Shown here: positions 60,601-64,000 of the stretch, piece after piece
Numbering within the stretch: the first letter of the stretch is position 1
How the letters are laid out: each line of letters starts with the position of its first letter
Origin: a virus
Taxonomy: Duplodnaviria; Caudoviricetes
Strand: one strand, 5' to 3'
Length of the DNA stretch: 64,000 nucleotides
Virus record (IMG/VR): IMGVR_UViG_3300032093_000005
Translations under genes and position numbers: made by a program
Notes under the pieces: model-generated
What the model saw: only the letters and a program-made list of their open reading frames with translations
What the model was told of the DNA's origin: nothing
The model's database searches: none

Positions 60601-61479
60601 ATTTCCTCCACCAAAGTATCCTGCTGTTGAGTTTCCTGTTGCAGCAAGACTACTACGTACAGTGCTTAAATTTGCGCTAGTTGGTGCTAAAGCAGTTGTA
60701 TCTGATGAATATGTAAGTTTATCCATCGTAGATACGTTAGAAGGAGATAATCCACCTCCAAAGTATCCTGCTGTTGAAGAACCTGTTGCGGCAAGAGAAT
60801 AGCGAGCAACAGTTAAGTTTGCACCAGGAATGAGACTACATGTGTCATAAACATATGTAACCTTATCCATTGTCGATCTTGGAGATCCCTCAAAACCACC
60901 ACCAAAGTATCCTGCTGTTGTGGATCCTGTCGCACCAAAACCAAAACGAGCAACATTTAATGCGGCACCAGGAACTGCTGCTGTAGTATCAGTTGAATAA
61001 GTCAACTTATCCATTGTTGAATATGTACCAGGAACACCAGGAAATAGACCACCACCAAAGTATCCTGCCGTTGAGTTTCCTGTTGCAGCGAGAGCACGAC
61101 GAGCAACACTTAAGAATGCACCAGGAACTACCGCAGTAATATCAGTAGAATAATTAAGTTTATCTACTGTCGAATAAGCACCAGGAGCAAAACCACCACC
61201 AAAGTATCCTGCTGTTGAGTTTCCTGTTGCAGCAAGTTGATAACGAGCAGCACTTAATGCAGCACCAGGAACTACCGCAGTAATATCAGTAGAATAATTA
61301 AGTTTATCTACTGTCGAATAAGCACCAGGAGCAAAACCACCACCAAAGTATCCAGTATTTGATGCTACTGATTGTAGTGGTGATGGTGAAACCCATATAT
61401 CAGTTAGCGGAACATAATCTCCTGCTAATGAATTATCAACAACATCAAATAGTCCAAAAACCCCCCGTGTATCAGGCAT
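57640..61479 (-). CDS. Kelch-like repeat protein B (24 repeats in 4 blocks of 6)
   Basis: Same repeat as protein A; shares the MPxTRGVF start and SFNV end. Confidence 0.8.
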   Translation of the reverse strand: MPDTRGVFGLFDVVDNSLAGDYVPLTDIWVSPSPLQSVASNTGYFGGGFAPGAYSTVDKLNYSTDITAVVPGAALSAARYQLAATGNSTAGYFGGGFAPGAYSTVDKLNYSTDITAVVPGAFLSVARRALAATGNSTAGYFGGGLFPGVPGTYSTMDKLTYSTDTTAAVPGAALNVARFGFGATGSTTAGYFGGGFEGSPRSTMDKVTYVYDTCSLIPGANLTVARYSLAATGSSTAGYFGGGLSPSNVSTMDKLTYSSDTTALAPTSANLSTVRSSLAATGNSTAGYFGGGNSPGVSSTMDKLTFATENTSAVATAALSIPRNTLAALSSRANALPGVVSTLPSSASSKFIDGTLSPQTGYFAGGASSATVDKLNYSTDLTAAIPSAFFAVARAQQGATGNTTAGYFGGGFDYSISNFVSSVQIITYAADTNAVAPTTAFFSSINYGLSATGNSTAGYFGGGSPGTRMSKLSYNSNTMSDLPGAALSISRSKLAATGNSTAGYFGGGFNNISRMDKVTYSTDTTAAVPGASLSAARAALAATGNSTVGYFGGGYYFTGSAFNYHSTMDKVTYSTDTTAAVPGAALSAVRYGLAATGSSTAGYFGGGGTSGPVSSTMDKVTYSSDTTAAVPGAALSVARYDLAASSARANALFQPPATTVTPTIFNASVPNTGYFGGGGPSPSTSSSTMDKVTYSSDTTVAVPGASLSVARRGSAATGNSISGYFGGGIVSPNLYSTMDKVTYASDTTAVVPGAALSAARKYLAATGSSSAGYFGGGNPVASTMDKLTYSSDTTAALPGASLSARSGLAATGNSTSGYFGGGFPGPLTTMEKVTYSTDTTSAVPGAALSIARYSLAATGSSTAGYFGGGVPASSTMDKVTYSTDTRSTVPGAALSATRYSLSATGSSSAGYFGCGFSGAIVATMDKVTYASDTTAAVPGAALSAARTYLGAASARANALPQPTFQTGTIFSNFGYFGGGIASFVYSTMDKVTYASDTTAAVPGAALNGARYNHCATGNSTTAYFSGGPQPGSSSDYSLMDKIYYITDTKTIISGSSITRDRRNIAAVSSPAAGYFGGGGFPAAPGPYSNASKLTYSTEIISQIPSLSSPRYGASATGNSTAGYFGGGNNFTPLPGARTTVDKITYSNDFISALPTAGFLSVGSNVAATGNSTAGYFGGGFVNPNAYSTMDKLTYSTDTRSTIPGASLSAARDSVVATSSLVAGYFGGGGSRSTMDKVTYSIDTTAAVPGAFLSVARNNFAASSATSNALPGNSQISFNV
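61118..61353. repeat. 92-bp perfect direct repeat (61118-61209 and 61262-61353)
   Basis: Identical copies 144 bp apart, encoding repeats 1 and 2 of protein B. Confidence 0.9.
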
Positions 61480-61978
61480 TTCTTATTATTATCTTCTGAT
61501 AAAGCATAGAGTTATTTAGTTTACTCTCATAAGAATGCCAACGATTTCCGCGGAACAAAACCATTCGATTATACCTTGCAGGAATGTTACCGTACTCTTT
61601 CCACAAACTCAGATCAGAAGAGAAGACTTGACTCAGTTGACTCTCATCAATCTGATATTGAATCATCTCTTCCTTTGTTGGAAATGTTTCTAATCCCGTT
61701 GCAAGGTGAGAGTAAAACTTGACTCCAAACTCACCAAATGACTCAAGAGGTAGAGTCAAATAAATCAGAGCGATCCAATCACACTCAAGGTGTGCAACTA
61801 CACCAGGAAGACTTCCAGTTTGATTGGATGCTGATATAATTTCAATCGGATTCCCAATGATCTGTGAGATTTTTCCTACAGTCTCATCAGTAATCACACA
61901 CTGGTTTTCAAAAAAACCTTTATGATACTGGTGTGCAATATCATAAAGGTCATCAACGATAATGATCTGTTCGGTCAT
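61472..61978 (-). CDS. Degenerate DUF6445-like oxygenase paralogue
   Basis: IIIVDDLY, YNRMVLFRGNRWHS; HxD replaced by HLE. Confidence 0.55.
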   Translation of the reverse strand: MTEQIIIVDDLYDIAHQYHKGFFENQCVITDETVGKISQIIGNPIEIISASNQTGSLPGVVAHLECDWIALIYLTLPLESFGEFGVKFYSHLATGLETFPTKEEMIQYQIDESQLSQVFSSDLSLWKEYGNIPARYNRMVLFRGNRWHSYESKLNNSMLYQKIIIRNA

Positions 61979-62850
61979 TCTTCGGTATAGGTTCCAGAAA
62001 TCTTTTTCTGTTCTTCTGCAGGTTTGATTGCGGCACCATAACCAAGATCAGCACCAGTGATCTTCTCATAACCTCTCATCACTTTACCCTGAAGATCATT
62101 GATAAACTCCATTCTTCCCTGATGATCAAGAAGTTTATTCATTGGCAGATAACCTTCCTTGAAATTGTTTCTTGGATCAACCATTGCAGGAGCAGATGCA
62201 CGACGCATTGCCTGTAGGTTTGCACCAGAGATACCAGTCTGTGCTGCCATCAGATCGTCCAGTGCCTGTTCTGCAAGACGAGTATCCCAATACTCTTGGT
62301 TCTCTTCCAGGAACTGCTCTCTGGTAGGAGGAGTACCACCGTTCTGTTCGACCAGTTTTGCAAGCATCTTATCCAGGTGCTGCATCTGGTGTAGACGATC
62401 ACGAATTTCCATCTCACTACCTTTCAGATAATGAGTTAGTTCAAGTTCTTCAAGATCATACCAGCAGAGTTTCTTACCACCACCAGGACCACCAGTTTCC
62501 CACATGATGGGTTGAGTCTTATCCTTATCGTTCCACTTGTACTCAAACTCACGAACTCTCTCTTTCATTTCGATGAGTTTGAACATGTATCCCGATGCCA
62601 TGATACGACGTTCTTTTAGAATGTGCTCGAAAGATACAGAGATATTATGAGTATTCAGACCAATGAACTTTTCAATTTGGAAGTTGGTTCTTCCCTGTGC
62701 CATTTCCTTATCACTTTCTTCCCAGGCAAAAACATTCTGAGATGCCTGTGCCAGGTAATCATCATTCAGAACTGCTTCTTGTGCGTTGATTGGTGTATAA
62801 GTCAATGCAAAATTTTCTTTAGTCATAACTTCTGTCAAATGTATAGACAT
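61975..62850 (-). CDS. Helical hypothetical protein of the propeller cassette
   Basis: 291 aa, coiled-coil rich; no catalytic motif recognised. Confidence 0.6.
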   Translation of the reverse strand: MSIHLTEVMTKENFALTYTPINAQEAVLNDDYLAQASQNVFAWEESDKEMAQGRTNFQIEKFIGLNTHNISVSFEHILKERRIMASGYMFKLIEMKERVREFEYKWNDKDKTQPIMWETGGPGGGKKLCWYDLEELELTHYLKGSEMEIRDRLHQMQHLDKMLAKLVEQNGGTPPTREQFLEENQEYWDTRLAEQALDDLMAAQTGISGANLQAMRRASAPAMVDPRNNFKEGYLPMNKLLDHQGRMEFINDLQGKVMRGYEKITGADLGYGAAIKPAEEQKKISGTYTEE

Positions 62851-62874
62851 TTTATCATATTATATAGGGTAATT

Positions 62875-64000
62875 TCAAGAGACGCAACTTTGAGCAAGAA
62901 CTTGATTAGCAATTTCTTTTCCCCACTTCTGTTCAAAATAATTTCGATAATTTTTTTCTCGCTCTAAGGTTACTTCTTTTGATTCAGATCCTCTCCAAGT
63001 TGATTTACCACAAAAATGAAGTAGATAAGATTCGCAGTTAATATCAACATCAAATCCAAGTTGTTGTGCTCTTAATCGATAGTCCGTATCTTCAGCACCG
63101 TTCTTAAAGTTTTCATCTAGAAATCCAACTTTTAATAGAACTTCACAAGGAATATAAAAACAATAAAATCCAATAATTGTTTTATTAAGATTTAATGTTT
63201 TTGAATCGATCAACTTAGAAAATGTATTTAACTCCTGTTCTTTATTATCATAATCTTCAATATCCATCACTGATTTAATTTTCAAACTCCCATATTCTCC
63301 AGGTAATTTTTGGTTACACAATGGAACTAAAATTTTGTTTCTAGCAGTGAAGTTTTGATTCCAGTCTTCAGTAAAAACTATATCATTACTTAAACCAAAA
63401 AAGTCAACTCGATCAACAGCAGCAAGTTTCATGATAAAGTTCATATTCTCCGCAAAAGTTTTTGGAGTATTATTTGAAATTACAGTGATTTTATTTTGAT
63501 AATTTGAAAGTTGATATTGATTGTCATTATCAATTAAGAAAAATTTATCATGTTCATTTAAATCAGTATTTTTGAAGAAAGAATCAATTGCCAAGTTAGT
63601 GTATTGCTCTGTATCATGAGTGCTTACCATACAATAATACACTGGTCTTTTCTCTACACTTTTATTTTGTATCGTATCAATCAGATTTTTCCATTGCTCT
63701 GCAATCTTTTTCCAGTCATATTTTTCGGTCACATAATCCGAAATGATCTTAGAAACTTCTTGATAGAACTTCGGTTCCTTTTCATAATAATCCAATGCCA
63801 GGCAACAGGCATTAGCAAAGTTAACCAGGAAATTCTCAGTGACCTTCCAACCTTTGGATGTATTCTCACCTTCAATTGGAACCACAGTTGCATTCTTCTC
63901 TCCAGCAACCTCTGCGAGTGCTCCAATATTTGTGATGATTGGATAAGCACCACAACGCATTGCCTCACACATTGATTGGCAAAATGTTTCTTCCCAAATA
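62875..64000 (-). CDS. Two-domain glycosyltransferase (GT4-type C-terminal part plus GT2-like domain), 5' truncated by the window
   Basis: Frame open to the window edge: IWEETFCQSMCEAMRCGAYPI..NIGAL.E; then LIDN, SNDIVF, GFLDENF.NGAEDTDY.LRA. Confidence 0.85.
   Translation of the reverse strand, partial: IWEETFCQSMCEAMRCGAYPIITNIGALAEVAGEKNATVVPIEGENTSKGWKVTENFLVNFANACCLALDYYEKEPKFYQEVSKIISDYVTEKYDWKKIAEQWKNLIDTIQNKSVEKRPVYYCMVSTHDTEQYTNLAIDSFFKNTDLNEHDKFFLIDNDNQYQLSNYQNKITVISNNTPKTFAENMNFIMKLAAVDRVDFFGLSNDIVFTEDWNQNFTARNKILVPLCNQKLPGEYGSLKIKSVMDIEDYDNKEQELNTFSKLIDSKTLNLNKTIIGFYCFYIPCEVLLKVGFLDENFKNGAEDTDYRLRAQQLGFDVDINCESYLLHFCGKSTWRGSESKEVTLEREKNYRNYFEQKWGKEIANQVLAQSCVS

Noticed and set aside
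52341-61479. CRISPR array or diversity-generating retroelement suggested by the dense DNA repeats
   Set aside because: The repeats are in-frame coding units of about 141-150 bp inside open ORFs; there is no fixed repeat-spacer structure, no cas or reverse transcriptase gene, and no adenine-specific template/variable pair.
1-64000. Photosynthesis genes (psbA, psbD, hli) or nblA
   Set aside because: No matching motifs recognised in this window.

Overview
A 64-kb AT-rich segment of a T4-like cyanomyovirus, probably infecting freshwater picocyanobacteria; most genes lie on the minus strand. Layout: (1-17 kb) an accessory region of small ORFs including CP12, two homing endonucleases, a HiPIP-like protein, and a methyltransferase/HNH/SF2 helicase cluster; (17-30 kb) tail fibre/virion genes, a flavin-dependent halogenase and three tRNAs, with tRNA-Leu(UAA) split by a 200-nt group I intron; (30-48 kb) core T4-like baseplate, head-completion and replication genes (gp5, gp26, gp51, gp4, gp2, gp48, gp53, gp32, gp59, gp33, exonuclease, PhoH, ThyX) plus a Mom-like DNA modifier; (48-51 kb) an NtcA box/glutamine-riboswitch/DUF4278 unit interrupted by a GIY-YIG endonuclease, glutaredoxin and a candidate sRNA; (51-64 kb) a cassette of two 24-repeat Kelch-like proteins interleaved with 2OG-Fe(II) oxygenases, a sulfotransferase and a glycosyltransferase. 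The strongest leads are the endonuclease-split riboswitch, the HiPIP with a T4-type capsid-targeting leader, the tRNA intron and the propeller-plus-modifying-enzyme cassette. All family assignments come from motif recognition by eye; no searches were run.
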